Part shown: piece after piece, positions 29,964 to 39,130 of the stretch | How positions within the stretch are numbered: the first letter of the stretch is position 1 | How the letters are laid out: each line of letters starts with the position of its first letter | Sequence record: MK268344.1 | Reading direction: 5' to 3' (one strand) | DNA length: 64,000 nt | Made by a program: the position numbers and the translations under genes | The notes under the pieces: generated by a model | The model's input: only the letters and a program-made list of their open reading frames with translations | Database searches by the model: none | What the model was told of the DNA's origin: nothing

Positions 29964-30047
29964 ATGTCAGATGAACAAAAGGCACGTTTACTAGCAATGC
30001 TGGACAAAAAGAGTAACGTGGTATTCGTTGACTTTAAGAGGAAATAA
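29964..30047 (+). CDS. 27-aa peptide MSDEQKARLLAMLDKKSNVVFVDFKRK
   Basis: Follows TTGATT-N17-TATCAT promoter; TAATG coupling to the next gene; below the ORF-track cut-off. Confidence 0.4.
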   Translation: MSDEQKARLLAMLDKKSNVVFVDFKRK

Positions 30048-30247
30048 TGATGAAATCTGAATCAGTCTTTAATCATCCGGGCGGTTTCGGTCGTAGTACT
30101 GAAGAAACACGTTTAGTAGGATTTCGTGTAGCTATCTCGGAAATTGAGAAGCATAAAGAGTCATGGCAGATCACTAATCCAAATTTGGTAGTTGATCTTG
30201 CTATTGAATATCTACGTAACAACGGTTATGAGGTAACGAAACTATGA
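30047..30247 (+). CDS. Hypothetical protein
   Basis: GAGG RBS. Confidence 0.65.
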   Translation: MMKSESVFNHPGGFGRSTEETRLVGFRVAISEIEKHKESWQITNPNLVVDLAIEYLRNNGYEVTKL

Positions 30248-30645
30248 GTATGAAGAAAGATGAAATGATTACAAGTCTCTTTGAAATCGAATTTAAGAAA
30301 GATGGTGCTAACCGTAAGTACCAAATTCCTGCTAAGTCTGAAATGGATGCATTGGTGCGTTTAGGTCAGATTTATGGCGATGGTCGTGATTATCGTGAAG
30401 ATGTTAAAATTGAAGTACTGAAGATTAAAAACACACAACGTTCTGTACACTTTACTGAAGTGGTGTTGAGTCCGATGGCTGGTTCTCATATTTTATCGGC
30501 ATTCCATGATGCACAGTTTGTTGCACGTTCAATTGGTGCTGATGTTATGTTGAAATTCAACGGTTCTTTTATGAAAGTTTCGGTTGACAGTGAATACGAA
30601 GATGTATATAATTCATATATGAATTCGGATGAAGAAACGGAATGA
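30244..30645 (+). CDS. Hypothetical protein
   Basis: ATGA coupling. Confidence 0.65.
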   Translation: MSMKKDEMITSLFEIEFKKDGANRKYQIPAKSEMDALVRLGQIYGDGRDYREDVKIEVLKIKNTQRSVHFTEVVLSPMAGSHILSAFHDAQFVARSIGADVMLKFNGSFMKVSVDSEYEDVYNSYMNSDEETE

Positions 30646-30980
30646 TGACACCAAAAACACTAATTAACTTAAAAGGTTCTTCACTCAACACTGCTACTAA
30701 TATTAGTAGTACTCCAAGTGTATTCGAAGACAAAACTCATCACAGATCTAAGTTGACGAGGGAAGATGTTATTATGATCAAACTATATTATCACGTTGAT
30801 CATATGCACAAAGATGTAATTGCGGAAAAGTTCAATGTTGGATGGTTAACAATTCATAAAATTGTTTCCGGGAAATCACATAAAAACATTCCGCTGAATT
30901 TTATGACGAAAATACCGGAACGGTTTCATGCCGAAACTAATTACAAGTACTTGGATTATAAAATCAAAGGTCAAAAATAG
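30642..30980 (+). CDS. HTH DNA-binding protein (like homing-endonuclease C-terminal HTH)
   Basis: SKLTREDVIMIK...IAEKFNVGWLTIHKIVSGK. Confidence 0.65.
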   Translation: MMTPKTLINLKGSSLNTATNISSTPSVFEDKTHHRSKLTREDVIMIKLYYHVDHMHKDVIAEKFNVGWLTIHKIVSGKSHKNIPLNFMTKIPERFHAETNYKYLDYKIKGQK

Positions 30981-30982
30981 TG

Positions 30983-31011
30983 TTGACAGGGGATTATTCA
31001 TCCCCTATAAT
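30983..31011 (+). promoter_or_regulatory. Sigma70 promoter with inverted repeat in the spacer
   Basis: TTGACA-GGGGATTATTCATCCCC-TATAAT. Confidence 0.8.
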
Positions 31012-31043
31012 AATCCCATCGACAATGACATTAAGGAAACAAA

Positions 31044-31490
31044 ATGAAAACCAAGATTCAGATGCAAGTAGCTAAACACATGCTGGCTGTTTGGACTAAC
31101 GTGAATGATCCTGATTCCTTGAATGATGCATACGCTATTATTAATAGCTGCTGGCCCTATCTTTCCCGGCGTGTACTTCGTACATGGGTAAAAGCGTTGC
31201 ACCAGAATCCAGAACGTTATGAATACACTGGATATGCATTCAAATCATTGAAACTGGTTGACCATTTCACAGATGAAGAAATCATTGGTATTCTGGCTAC
31301 AGTTCAAAATATGGAACATGGTTCAGCGTTTGATGATATTATTCGTAGTATTATCCATCATAAGTATGTTTATGGTATGGATACACAAACCGCGTTAGAG
31401 CATGGTATTGCTGTTTATTTGGGAAGTGATGAACCACGCTTCCACCGCCGCTATCGTCCAGCCAAACCGGTACTGAAGCCATGCAAATAA
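31044..31490 (+). CDS. Hypothetical protein
   Basis: AAGGA RBS. Confidence 0.7.
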   Translation: MKTKIQMQVAKHMLAVWTNVNDPDSLNDAYAIINSCWPYLSRRVLRTWVKALHQNPERYEYTGYAFKSLKLVDHFTDEEIIGILATVQNMEHGSAFDDIIRSIIHHKYVYGMDTQTALEHGIAVYLGSDEPRFHRRYRPAKPVLKPCK

Positions 31491-31723
31491 AACGTGAACA
31501 AACGAATTTTGATGATGATAAGTTCAAGCTCGTGAAAATATCATTATCTCATGATAATGATGTACTTGACAGGTGTGGTATGTGTGCTACAATGTACCCA
31601 CTTTACGAGAAGTGTATTACATTAAAACTAAACTCAGCAGGTCTTGGATTTACACTTAATGTTGATGAAGCCAATGACTTATTGACATTATTAACTACTG
31701 CCCTTAACGAATTCAAGGAGTAA
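31481..31723 (+). CDS. Hypothetical protein
   Basis: Coupled ORF. Confidence 0.6.
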   Translation: MQIKREQTNFDDDKFKLVKISLSHDNDVLDRCGMCATMYPLYEKCITLKLNSAGLGFTLNVDEANDLLTLLTTALNEFKE

Positions 31724-31726
31724 CCT

Positions 31727-31888
31727 ATGTTTAAACGTGTCCTAAAATCTTTTATCACCCCATTCGAAGAAGCACTGAAAGCATGGGATGTTCGTACTGA
31801 ACAGTCCATCAAAGCTGGTGGTACTACTCCGGTATATGATCGTTATGACCCTGCTCGCGGTCTTCATTCGGAGCCTAATCGTGACTAA
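31727..31888 (+). CDS. 53-aa hypothetical protein
   Basis: AAGGAG RBS; not in the ORF track. Confidence 0.6.
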   Translation: MFKRVLKSFITPFEEALKAWDVRTEQSIKAGGTTPVYDRYDPARGLHSEPNRD

Positions 31889-32078
31889 GGCTGAACTTAT
31901 TGCACAACTAGAAGGCTATCCCGATGATGCAATAATGGAAGTGGTTCAATGTGGGGAACATTATGACATTACATGTGTTGTACCATATGATGATCATGGT
32001 GTTCCAATTCTTGAATTGGGTATCTATAAACCCAAAACAGTACCGGAATCGACAAAGAGGACAAATAATGTCAATTAA
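31881..32078 (+). CDS. Hypothetical protein
   Basis: GTG start (TKAELIAQLEGYP) after GGAG. Confidence 0.6.
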   Translation: MTKAELIAQLEGYPDDAIMEVVQCGEHYDITCVVPYDDHGVPILELGIYKPKTVPESTKRTNNVN

Positions 32079-32208
32079 GATTGATCCAGAAACTGATAAA
32101 GCAGTAGACCCGCAAAGCATCGGGAAGGATATGCCTAAACGTGCTATTCTTGCAGTAATTGCGGTATGTGTTTTTGTGGCTGTTTGGAAATTTATGAAAT
32201 ATATGTAA
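32068..32208 (+). CDS. Small membrane protein
   Basis: GAGG RBS, one TM helix. Confidence 0.6.
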   Translation: MSIKIDPETDKAVDPQSIGKDMPKRAILAVIAVCVFVAVWKFMKYM

Positions 32209-32272
32209 TTATGCTTGACAAGCATCCTTATTTCTAGTATTATACTCACATACACACAAATGAGGTAATCAT

Positions 32273-32485
32273 ATGAAAGCTCAGATTCTATTTTCCATCA
32301 ATGATGTTACTGGACAAAACAATAACGTTAATAAAAATATAATCAATCATTTTTACAAAAATTCTGCTGGTATCGAAATGCGTACAAAAGTTGTAGTAAA
32401 GGACAATGTTATTAAACGTCTTCGTCCACGTGGAAAAGCATATTTCAATATGTGGATTACTCAGGTTGACAAACACGGTCTTTAA
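32273..32485 (+). CDS. Hypothetical protein
   Basis: GAGG RBS, upstream TTGACA/TATTAT promoter. Confidence 0.65.
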   Translation: MKAQILFSINDVTGQNNNVNKNIINHFYKNSAGIEMRTKVVVKDNVIKRLRPRGKAYFNMWITQVDKHGL

Positions 32486-32533
32486 TGGTATTATACTCTC
32501 ATCTTGTGATGAGAGTTTTTAAGAGGAAATATA

Positions 32534-32716
32534 ATGAAACGTTACACTCCATGTTTGGAACTTTGTGATTATACTGGTGAACCTGATGCTAGTATGAAAG
32601 AACATCCTTTTGGGGATTGGGTGCGTTATGAGGGTCATCAACAGACAGTACTGGATCTTCAAAAAGCACAAGAGCGTATCAGAGAGTTAGAAGCTAAATT
32701 ACAGGAGCATAAATAA
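32534..32716 (+). CDS. Hypothetical protein
   Basis: GAGG RBS. Confidence 0.65.
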   Translation: MKRYTPCLELCDYTGEPDASMKEHPFGDWVRYEGHQQTVLDLQKAQERIRELEAKLQEHK

Positions 32717-32871
32717 TGGGTCTGGTATATTTCAGAGTACAATATTCGGTTGACGGCGAAATGCGTGATGAACGTATTGCTGGTATGAATAAATATGATG
32801 TAGCTGCAAATCTAGGATCTAAGTACTACAAAGGTAGTGAACTGGTAATTTTCAATATCCAGCTAGCATAA
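32716..32871 (+). CDS. 51-aa hypothetical protein
   Basis: TAATG coupling, AGGAG RBS. Confidence 0.55.
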   Translation: MGLVYFRVQYSVDGEMRDERIAGMNKYDVAANLGSKYYKGSELVIFNIQLA

Positions 32872-32881
32872 ATAACAAATA

Positions 32882-32957
32882 GGGCCAGTAGCTCACGTGC
32901 GGTTAGAGCAGACCCCTCATAAGGGTAAGGTACGGTGTTCGACTCACCGCTGGCTCA
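32882..32957 (+). tRNA. tRNA with CAU anticodon (Met or Ile2), CCA not encoded
   Basis: GGGCCAG/CTGGCTC acceptor, ACCC-CTCATAA-GGGT, followed by CTA. Confidence 0.85.
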
Positions 32958-33037
32958 CTACATAACATTATATACAATTTGAAGAATCAATAAGGAAAGC
33001 AATTGCTTTCCTTTTCTTTTAACTATGGAAAACTACA

Positions 33038-33439
33038 ATGCGAAAGAATGCACTAATCAAAATGCTACAAGAGATTGAAGGTAATCCAGAGATTGTTATC
33101 TGGAATGGTTATGTAGATGATTACATGAACATCGATAAAGAAACCTTCAAAATCACTTTAGTGAAAGAAACGGAAGAATTTATATTCAATGCTCTCAAAT
33201 ATGAATGGTGTCAAATGAATAATACATTTGATGTACCAGAAGAACAGTTAGCGAAGATTGCTGAACGTGCTAAAGAAGTTCACAAAAAACGGGAGTATGA
33301 TTTCGCCAATCCACATGTAACACCTGAAGAGTACGAACAATGGTACGATAAAAAGACCTTGACAAAATATGTTATTTCCCCTAAACTACGTGGTAAAACA
33401 TCATTAGGTGTATTCAACGCCGCTGACTTAGAATACTAA
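33038..33439 (+). CDS. Hypothetical protein
   Basis: 133-aa ORF. Confidence 0.7.
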   Translation: MRKNALIKMLQEIEGNPEIVIWNGYVDDYMNIDKETFKITLVKETEEFIFNALKYEWCQMNNTFDVPEEQLAKIAERAKEVHKKREYDFANPHVTPEEYEQWYDKKTLTKYVISPKLRGKTSLGVFNAADLEY

Positions 33440-33448
33440 GAGGTTAGA

Positions 33449-33856
33449 ATGAACGAACTGATTGACAATTGGATGAAAAATGTTAAAACTTACCCGCCTT
33501 CTGAAATTTTCTATGCTAAGTATGGAAAAGAAGCAAAGGCTGAAACACGCATTCAGAACATCTGTGAAGACCTTTATCGTTTTTGCTATCCAGAGGGTGA
33601 AGTTAACGTTTTATCTGAACTAGGAGCTTCCTATCGCGAATTTGAGGTGCTATGCATCATGGGTTTGTCTGAGATTAAGCCTGAACGTGTATTAGAAGTA
33701 AGTACTAAATTCTTAAATTGTGCAAAAGTTGCATGTGCTGCACTAGAAAAAATGCACAAGAAAGACCAACTACTAAACGAGTACTACAAGTCTTGGAAGG
33801 TTAAGTATCAAGATATTAGTACTGAAGTTTATAAACTAACTAAGGAGTTCCGCTAA
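33449..33856 (+). CDS. Hypothetical protein
   Basis: GAGG RBS. Confidence 0.7.
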   Translation: MNELIDNWMKNVKTYPPSEIFYAKYGKEAKAETRIQNICEDLYRFCYPEGEVNVLSELGASYREFEVLCIMGLSEIKPERVLEVSTKFLNCAKVACAALEKMHKKDQLLNEYYKSWKVKYQDISTEVYKLTKEFR

Positions 33857-34401
33857 TGCCTGAACTATTCCGTCCGGGAGCACATATTCCAAAAGGTTAT
33901 ACAGTTTGTATTACATCATGGGAAAATGATGGTGATGATTACGACAATAATTTTATTCGTGGTATTCAAACAAAAGAAGAAGTAAATCAATTGCTTCATA
34001 TCATGACTTGGTTTAGTCATCGCGAAGAAGATATGGGTAATGAAGATATTCAACATGAAGAAATCCTAGAACGCTTGCATCAAGGTCACATTGATGGTAT
34101 CTTTACACCAGAATTTGTTAACAAACACTTTGATCTAGAACTTCCCGCAGTTGATTGTACTGATGAAGAATTCGATGATTGGTTAGATTCTGTTGTGTTG
34201 AATAACGGATACAATGATGTTGAAGATTTCATTCATCAAACACTTGGTTATCCAGTACAATACGATTCTGACTTTGCACGTATGGTAGAACGTGTTCACG
34301 TTTATTTCTTTGAAGAAGATTTGCATATTCCTGATGCACCAAAACCTATCACCACATTTGATGGTGCATATCGTGCTGATAAAGTAGACTGGAAAATGTA
34401 A
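33856..34401 (+). CDS. Hypothetical acidic protein
   Basis: TSWENDGDDY motif, TAATG coupling. Confidence 0.7.
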   Translation: MPELFRPGAHIPKGYTVCITSWENDGDDYDNNFIRGIQTKEEVNQLLHIMTWFSHREEDMGNEDIQHEEILERLHQGHIDGIFTPEFVNKHFDLELPAVDCTDEEFDDWLDSVVLNNGYNDVEDFIHQTLGYPVQYDSDFARMVERVHVYFFEEDLHIPDAPKPITTFDGAYRADKVDWKM

Positions 34402-34416
34402 TATAGGAGAGCACTC

Positions 34417-35112
34417 ATGATAAAATATATTAAAGAAAATTTGTATATTCCCGTGGGTGCTCTTTTAGTACTAATGTTATTAACTATAATAATTAATGGG
34501 ATTTATGCTGGATATGTTCAGTATAGTGAAAATGAGGATACTACTATGTATGGCTTAATGTATGTTGGTTCGGATGGAGAACGACTATATGTAACGAATA
34601 CCGGGCGTGGTTCAACATCAGATGATATTAGCAACATTGCTGAACTAGCACAGCATAAAACTGCGGTATTGGCTGCAAAAGCATTACTGAAGAATGGTTG
34701 GCTTGATGACGATGATGGTGAACTTTATGTGGTTGAAATTGCTAAGGTGGCAGTGAATATTGAGAAGATGGATAAACCTAAACAGAAAGAAGGTTTCTTT
34801 ATTTGTTATGATGTTTACGATAAGAATGGGAAACTAGTAACTGAATATTATCGTGGCCCACAATCACGCGAATATTATTCTAGTAACGAGTTCACTGATT
34901 CAATTACCCCAAGTACTGCTTTCAAAACTGAAAAGAAAGCATTAGCTGCATGGGAAAGTATTTTTAAATCCATGAGAGAATCAGAAGGTTATTACAACGA
35001 TAATATGAAACGTTGGGGTCGTCCATACAGCAATAACTACAAAGATTACACCGAACGTAACGATCACATAGAAAGAACAGCTAGGATTTTAAATTATGCG
35101 TCGTGTAATTAA
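34417..35112 (+). CDS. Hypothetical protein with N-terminal TM helix; internal RBS+ATG at MYGLMY may be a second start
   Basis: AGGAG RBS. Confidence 0.6.
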   Translation: MIKYIKENLYIPVGALLVLMLLTIIINGIYAGYVQYSENEDTTMYGLMYVGSDGERLYVTNTGRGSTSDDISNIAELAQHKTAVLAAKALLKNGWLDDDDGELYVVEIAKVAVNIEKMDKPKQKEGFFICYDVYDKNGKLVTEYYRGPQSREYYSSNEFTDSITPSTAFKTEKKALAAWESIFKSMRESEGYYNDNMKRWGRPYSNNYKDYTERNDHIERTARILNYASCN

Positions 35113-35311
35113 TTTCTTGATATTCTGTACTGTATCAATTATAATGATTGCATTAACATTGATGGTTGGTTTTATTCCACTAGCACTATCTTCCTTCTTC
35201 GGGTATTCTGAAATAGAGATGGTTGCTAGATTGCTGGGATGTGTTTTAGTAATCCCAATGCTCCGATTAACATTTAAAGCAATCGACTATACATTTGATA
35301 AAACTCATTAG
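35096..35311 (+). CDS. Small membrane protein
   Basis: Two TM helices. Confidence 0.6.
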   Translation: MRRVINFLIFCTVSIIMIALTLMVGFIPLALSSFFGYSEIEMVARLLGCVLVIPMLRLTFKAIDYTFDKTH

Positions 35312-35319
35312 GAGAACGT

Positions 35320-35763
35320 ATGCAAAAGGGTGTGTCTATTTTTTACGAATTTCACGATCAAGGCTGTCCACATGTGATAGCTGGTATCTATTCCCCGTAC
35401 ATGAAAACAGAAGAAGAAATGCGTACTCAATTGTTGAGTCTCATTGGTCATGACTCTTTTCATGAACGTGATGAACCAATCTTCGTTAATCACACTCATG
35501 TATATGCTAAATCTCTATTGGGTGAAGAAATGGATAAGGAACTAACTAACTTATTCAATAAGTTCTTCCCACAAGCACTAAATCCTAACGAACTACCAGT
35601 ATCCCCAATGAAATTCTATCATACTGAAGTGGGTGCATATGAGTTCATTTGGAATAATCGTTACAGTACTGAACTACATGAGCACCGTGTTGAATTACAA
35701 AGAAAAGCAGCGGAAGAATATCGCCGGAAACGGGCAGAACGTAAACGCCAAGAAGGTGAATAA
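35320..35763 (+). CDS. Hypothetical protein
   Basis: AGGAG RBS. Confidence 0.7.
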   Translation: MQKGVSIFYEFHDQGCPHVIAGIYSPYMKTEEEMRTQLLSLIGHDSFHERDEPIFVNHTHVYAKSLLGEEMDKELTNLFNKFFPQALNPNELPVSPMKFYHTEVGAYEFIWNNRYSTELHEHRVELQRKAAEEYRRKRAERKRQEGE

Positions 35764-36581
35764 TGTTAGAAGAACATATTATCAAACGAATACAAATCAG
35801 TATCAATAATTCTGAACGTGAAGTACAACGCATGATTAATCATGCGTTGGAACGGTCTAAGTACATTTTAGTATTTCCGGTATCTTCGAATGAAGAGGAA
35901 GATGATCCGGTATACGATAGTGTCTATGTGAGTTTCGATATTGATAATGAGAAAGTACCTAAATTTGTTCCTAAACATAGACCAAATGATATTTGGCATT
36001 ATGAACTAAACGATAACTGTACTTTTGATATGGATTGGTGTGATATTGCAGTACACATGCAAGGTTCAGTATGGATTGAAACTTCTCGTATTAAAAAACC
36101 AGAACTGGAACATGTTCCATTCACTGTACTTGATGATATGCCAGTGCTCAAACGTGGAGCTAATTCCCTATTTGCATCAACTATTATGACATACTTACGG
36201 ATGTATGATAATGAATCTTATGAGATGGAAGAAACTATTTGTAATTATCTAGATTCACTACCTCCAGAAGATATGAGTATTGATAATGTGTACATTGATG
36301 TTACTGATGATGATATTCCATATGGTCGCATTAGCAGTGTAATTCGCGTAAATGGAGAAACAATAGGGTATATGTCTCAGAGAGGTCGTGAATTACTTGA
36401 TGTAAGAATTTATGCTTACGACAACAAAAAATGCGTAAAATTCATTGAAGATGTTATTGACAAACTCAAGTTACGTGATAAAATGATATTCGATTCAATC
36501 AATGATATTGATCCGAATTCTGATGCTGATGAATTTTTACCAGTACCGGGATATACTACAAAAAGACATGAAGGTAATTGA
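35763..36581 (+). CDS. Hypothetical acidic protein
   Basis: 272 aa, TAATG coupling. Confidence 0.7.
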   Translation: MLEEHIIKRIQISINNSEREVQRMINHALERSKYILVFPVSSNEEEDDPVYDSVYVSFDIDNEKVPKFVPKHRPNDIWHYELNDNCTFDMDWCDIAVHMQGSVWIETSRIKKPELEHVPFTVLDDMPVLKRGANSLFASTIMTYLRMYDNESYEMEETICNYLDSLPPEDMSIDNVYIDVTDDDIPYGRISSVIRVNGETIGYMSQRGRELLDVRIYAYDNKKCVKFIEDVIDKLKLRDKMIFDSINDIDPNSDADEFLPVPGYTTKRHEGN

Positions 36582-36582
36582 C

Positions 36583-36843
36583 ATGAGTAAAATTATTGTG
36601 TTACAATGTTTTTCAGATAGCGGATTCAGTACTGATCATATTTTTGAGGGAAATGAATTTTCACGCGATCCAGCAGATATGATTCAGTTAATAAGTGAGC
36701 AATTTACTTGTACAGAAAGTAATGGACACCTCCATGTTCTTCATGATACAATAAATTGGTCACCAAAAGTATCTGAAGATGTTATTCATGTACTCCGTAA
36801 AAACGGGTATGTACTTCTTAATCCTAAGAGGATCATAGTATGA
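36583..36843 (+). CDS. Hypothetical protein
   Basis: Start moved to MSKII. Confidence 0.6.
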   Translation: MSKIIVLQCFSDSGFSTDHIFEGNEFSRDPADMIQLISEQFTCTESNGHLHVLHDTINWSPKVSEDVIHVLRKNGYVLLNPKRIIV

Positions 36844-37070
36844 AACTATATTCCATTAATGGGAATGTATATGCTAGTACTGATGAACGTTTAACGGATT
36901 ATAAAATAATTCAACATATGATGAACCATACAGGTTCATCAGTTAGTACATCACATGAGAGTGTTGAAATTTTAAGTCCATACGTTAGTTTGTATGATGT
37001 AGAAAAAGCATTGAAGGAACTTGGTTTAGAACAAGTTTCTATCATCACTATCAACAAGAAAGGGGTTTAA
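36840..37070 (+). CDS. Hypothetical protein
   Basis: GAGG RBS, ATGA coupling. Confidence 0.6.
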   Translation: MKLYSINGNVYASTDERLTDYKIIQHMMNHTGSSVSTSHESVEILSPYVSLYDVEKALKELGLEQVSIITINKKGV

Positions 37071-37071
37071 T

Positions 37072-37236
37072 ATGATTCAGGCAATTCTAGTAATCGCGGT
37101 TCTTGGTATTCTTGCAGCCATCGGACAAATTGGTTTTGCGATTTGGATGGGTATGGCAGTCGCAGTTGTTCTTGTAATTAAGCGTGGTGTGGCTTCGTAT
37201 GAAGCATCAAAATCACAAGAAGAAATCGTAGAATAA
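37072..37236 (+). CDS. 54-aa membrane protein
   Basis: Hydrophobic hairpin; not in the ORF track. Confidence 0.55.
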   Translation: MIQAILVIAVLGILAAIGQIGFAIWMGMAVAVVLVIKRGVASYEASKSQEEIVE

Positions 37237-37249
37237 ATTTAAAATGGGG

Positions 37250-37278
37250 TTGACAGCATTATAACAATCCCATATAAT
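37250..37278 (+). promoter_or_regulatory. Sigma70 consensus promoter
   Basis: TTGACA-N17-TATAAT before the adhesin gene. Confidence 0.8.
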
Positions 37279-37314
37279 AAACGTCTGGTTAATTATAAAA
37301 GGTATATTTAAATA

Positions 37315-38640
37315 ATGAAAAAAGCTATTCTGGGAATTACAATTGGTATCGTACTATCATCCACTAACGTTTATGCAAATGACAATAATAACACATATAA
37401 TTATGGGGATTTAACAGGTTCAGCAGTTTTCAACAATAAAAATAATACTGAAATTAATGTGAATGGAAATGTATCTGGTTCTGTTGCAATTTATGGCGAT
37501 AAAGTAACTGTCATTGAGCGTGGAGAGAAAGGCGAAACCGGGGCTAATGGTAAAGACGGTAAAGATGGTCTTAATGGCAAAGATGGTAAAGATGGTCTTA
37601 ATGGCAAAGATGGTAAAGACGGTCTTAATGGCAAAGATGGTAAAGATGGTCTTAATGGCAAAGATGGTAAAGACGGTCTTGATGGCAAAGATGGTAAAGA
37701 CGGTAAAGATGCAGACATGACGATCGTCAATAATAAAGTTGATAAAAGTGATTACGATGTAGATCAAAAACGCCATGAAGAAAATTTAAATACATTAAAA
37801 GACGGAATTGAAACATGGAATAATTGGGCTTCTCATGATTCTAAAGAACAATGGGATTCTATTATTGATTTAGAAGATAATAAAGCTAATAAAAAAGATC
37901 TTGAGTCAGAAACACAAACACGTGTAAATGAAAATAAAAAATTACATGAAAAGATTGATAATTCTATTGAAAATCAATCATCGCGGGACAATGAACAAGA
38001 TATTCTAATTAGTAATAAAGTGGATAAATCAACTTTTGAAAATGAATCAACACTCATGAAGGATGTAATTGACACTAAAGTAGATAAATCATCATTTGAA
38101 GGTGAAATTACGGATATCAAAAAGAGAAATAATGAAATTCAAAACAACATTGATAAAAATAAAAATGAACAAGATTTGATTAATAAAAATCAAAATGTAA
38201 GTATTAAAAATAATACAAATGCAATTGAGGTTGAACGTGAAGAACGCAAGCAATCTATTTCTTCTGTAAATACAAAATTGAATAATCATGAATCACGTAT
38301 TGAATCAAATACGCAAAGAATCAATACAGTGGAAAAAAGAACCAATGAATTTATGCATTCCACAAATAAACGTTTTTCTGAAATGAATAAAAAAATCGAC
38401 GAAAATCGTAAAATTTCCAGTGCTGGTATCGCTAGTTCCGGTGCAATGGCAAACATTCCACAATTATCTAAATATGGTGATTTTTCAATTGGGGCAGGTG
38501 TTGGTGGATATGATGGTCAAGAAGCAATTGCAGTAGGTTTTAGTGCACGGATTTCTGAAAATGTATCAACTAAAGCATCAGTAAGTACTAATACTCAATC
38601 TGAAGTATTGTGGGGTGCTGGTGTAGGAATTGAATGGTAA
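37315..38640 (+). CDS. Trimeric autotransporter (YadA-like anchor) with collagen-like repeat
   Basis: Signal peptide; G-X-Y run; coiled stalk; anchor GIASSGAMANIP...GAGVGGYDGQEAIAVGFS...GAGVGIEW ending in Trp. Confidence 0.9.
   Translation: MKKAILGITIGIVLSSTNVYANDNNNTYNYGDLTGSAVFNNKNNTEINVNGNVSGSVAIYGDKVTVIERGEKGETGANGKDGKDGLNGKDGKDGLNGKDGKDGLNGKDGKDGLNGKDGKDGLDGKDGKDGKDADMTIVNNKVDKSDYDVDQKRHEENLNTLKDGIETWNNWASHDSKEQWDSIIDLEDNKANKKDLESETQTRVNENKKLHEKIDNSIENQSSRDNEQDILISNKVDKSTFENESTLMKDVIDTKVDKSSFEGEITDIKKRNNEIQNNIDKNKNEQDLINKNQNVSIKNNTNAIEVEREERKQSISSVNTKLNNHESRIESNTQRINTVEKRTNEFMHSTNKRFSEMNKKIDENRKISSAGIASSGAMANIPQLSKYGDFSIGAGVGGYDGQEAIAVGFSARISENVSTKASVSTNTQSEVLWGAGVGIEW
37522..37710 (+). 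repeat. Coding tandem repeat, 27-bp unit x about 5 (GKDGLNGKD)
   Basis: GGTAAAGAYGGTCTTRATGGCAAAGAT repeated. Confidence 0.95.
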
Positions 38641-38684
38641 TATAATAAATGGGGGTTGACATTGCCCCCAAAATTAAGTAAAAT

Positions 38685-38772
38685 GGGTACAGTCTTGGGC
38701 GTCTAGTAAACTGGTGTTCATAACCAAGAACTTTAATGGAAAGATGTGGTTCGATTCCACGATGTACTCCCA
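38685..38772 (+). tRNA. Atypical tRNA-like RNA with UCA anticodon (opal/Sec-like, possibly pseudo)
   Basis: GGGTACA/TGTACTC acceptor, TGGT-GTTCATA-ACCA, variable arm CTTT/AAAG, GTGG-TTCGATT-CCAC; weak D-arm. Confidence 0.55.
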
Positions 38773-38787
38773 AATTTATTGCAAAAT

Positions 38788-38819
38788 CTTGGGACAAACG
38801 ATTGATTTTGTGATATAAT
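38788..38819 (+). promoter_or_regulatory. CTTGGGACAAA-class promoter (copy 5)
   Basis: Exact motif. Confidence 0.8.
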
Positions 38820-38904
38820 AAAAGCATCGACGGATGTAAAACGTGATAACCGCTCTCAATGATTGAGAGTATTCGATAAAAGTAAAAGAAGGGTTTTACA
38901 AATT

Positions 38905-39123
38905 ATGGCTAAAAATACTAACACCGAACACGTCATCGCAGATATCACCGACCTAGATCGTACTGTGAACTATATCAAGTTCCAGCTAGCACAAGTCGAA
39001 GAAATGCTAGATCAGCATTCAGGGGCTGACGTGAAGAAGATTGTATACGTACATCTTCTTGAGTGGAAGAATGAGCTAAAAAACGAGCTACATGATCTAA
39101 CACGCAAGAACAAGCGTAAGTAA
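38905..39123 (+). CDS. Small helical protein
   Basis: Start at MAKNT; host-like codon usage; followed by terminator. Confidence 0.7.
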   Translation: MAKNTNTEHVIADITDLDRTVNYIKFQLAQVEEMLDQHSGADVKKIVYVHLLEWKNELKNELHDLTRKNKRK

Positions 39124-39130
39124 TTTGCCA

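Noticed and set aside
37420-37776. Alternative-frame and minus-strand ORFs with periodic sequence; possible CRISPR-like array
   Set aside because: All are shadows of the 27-bp collagen-coding repeat; there are no unique spacers, so it is not a CRISPR array.
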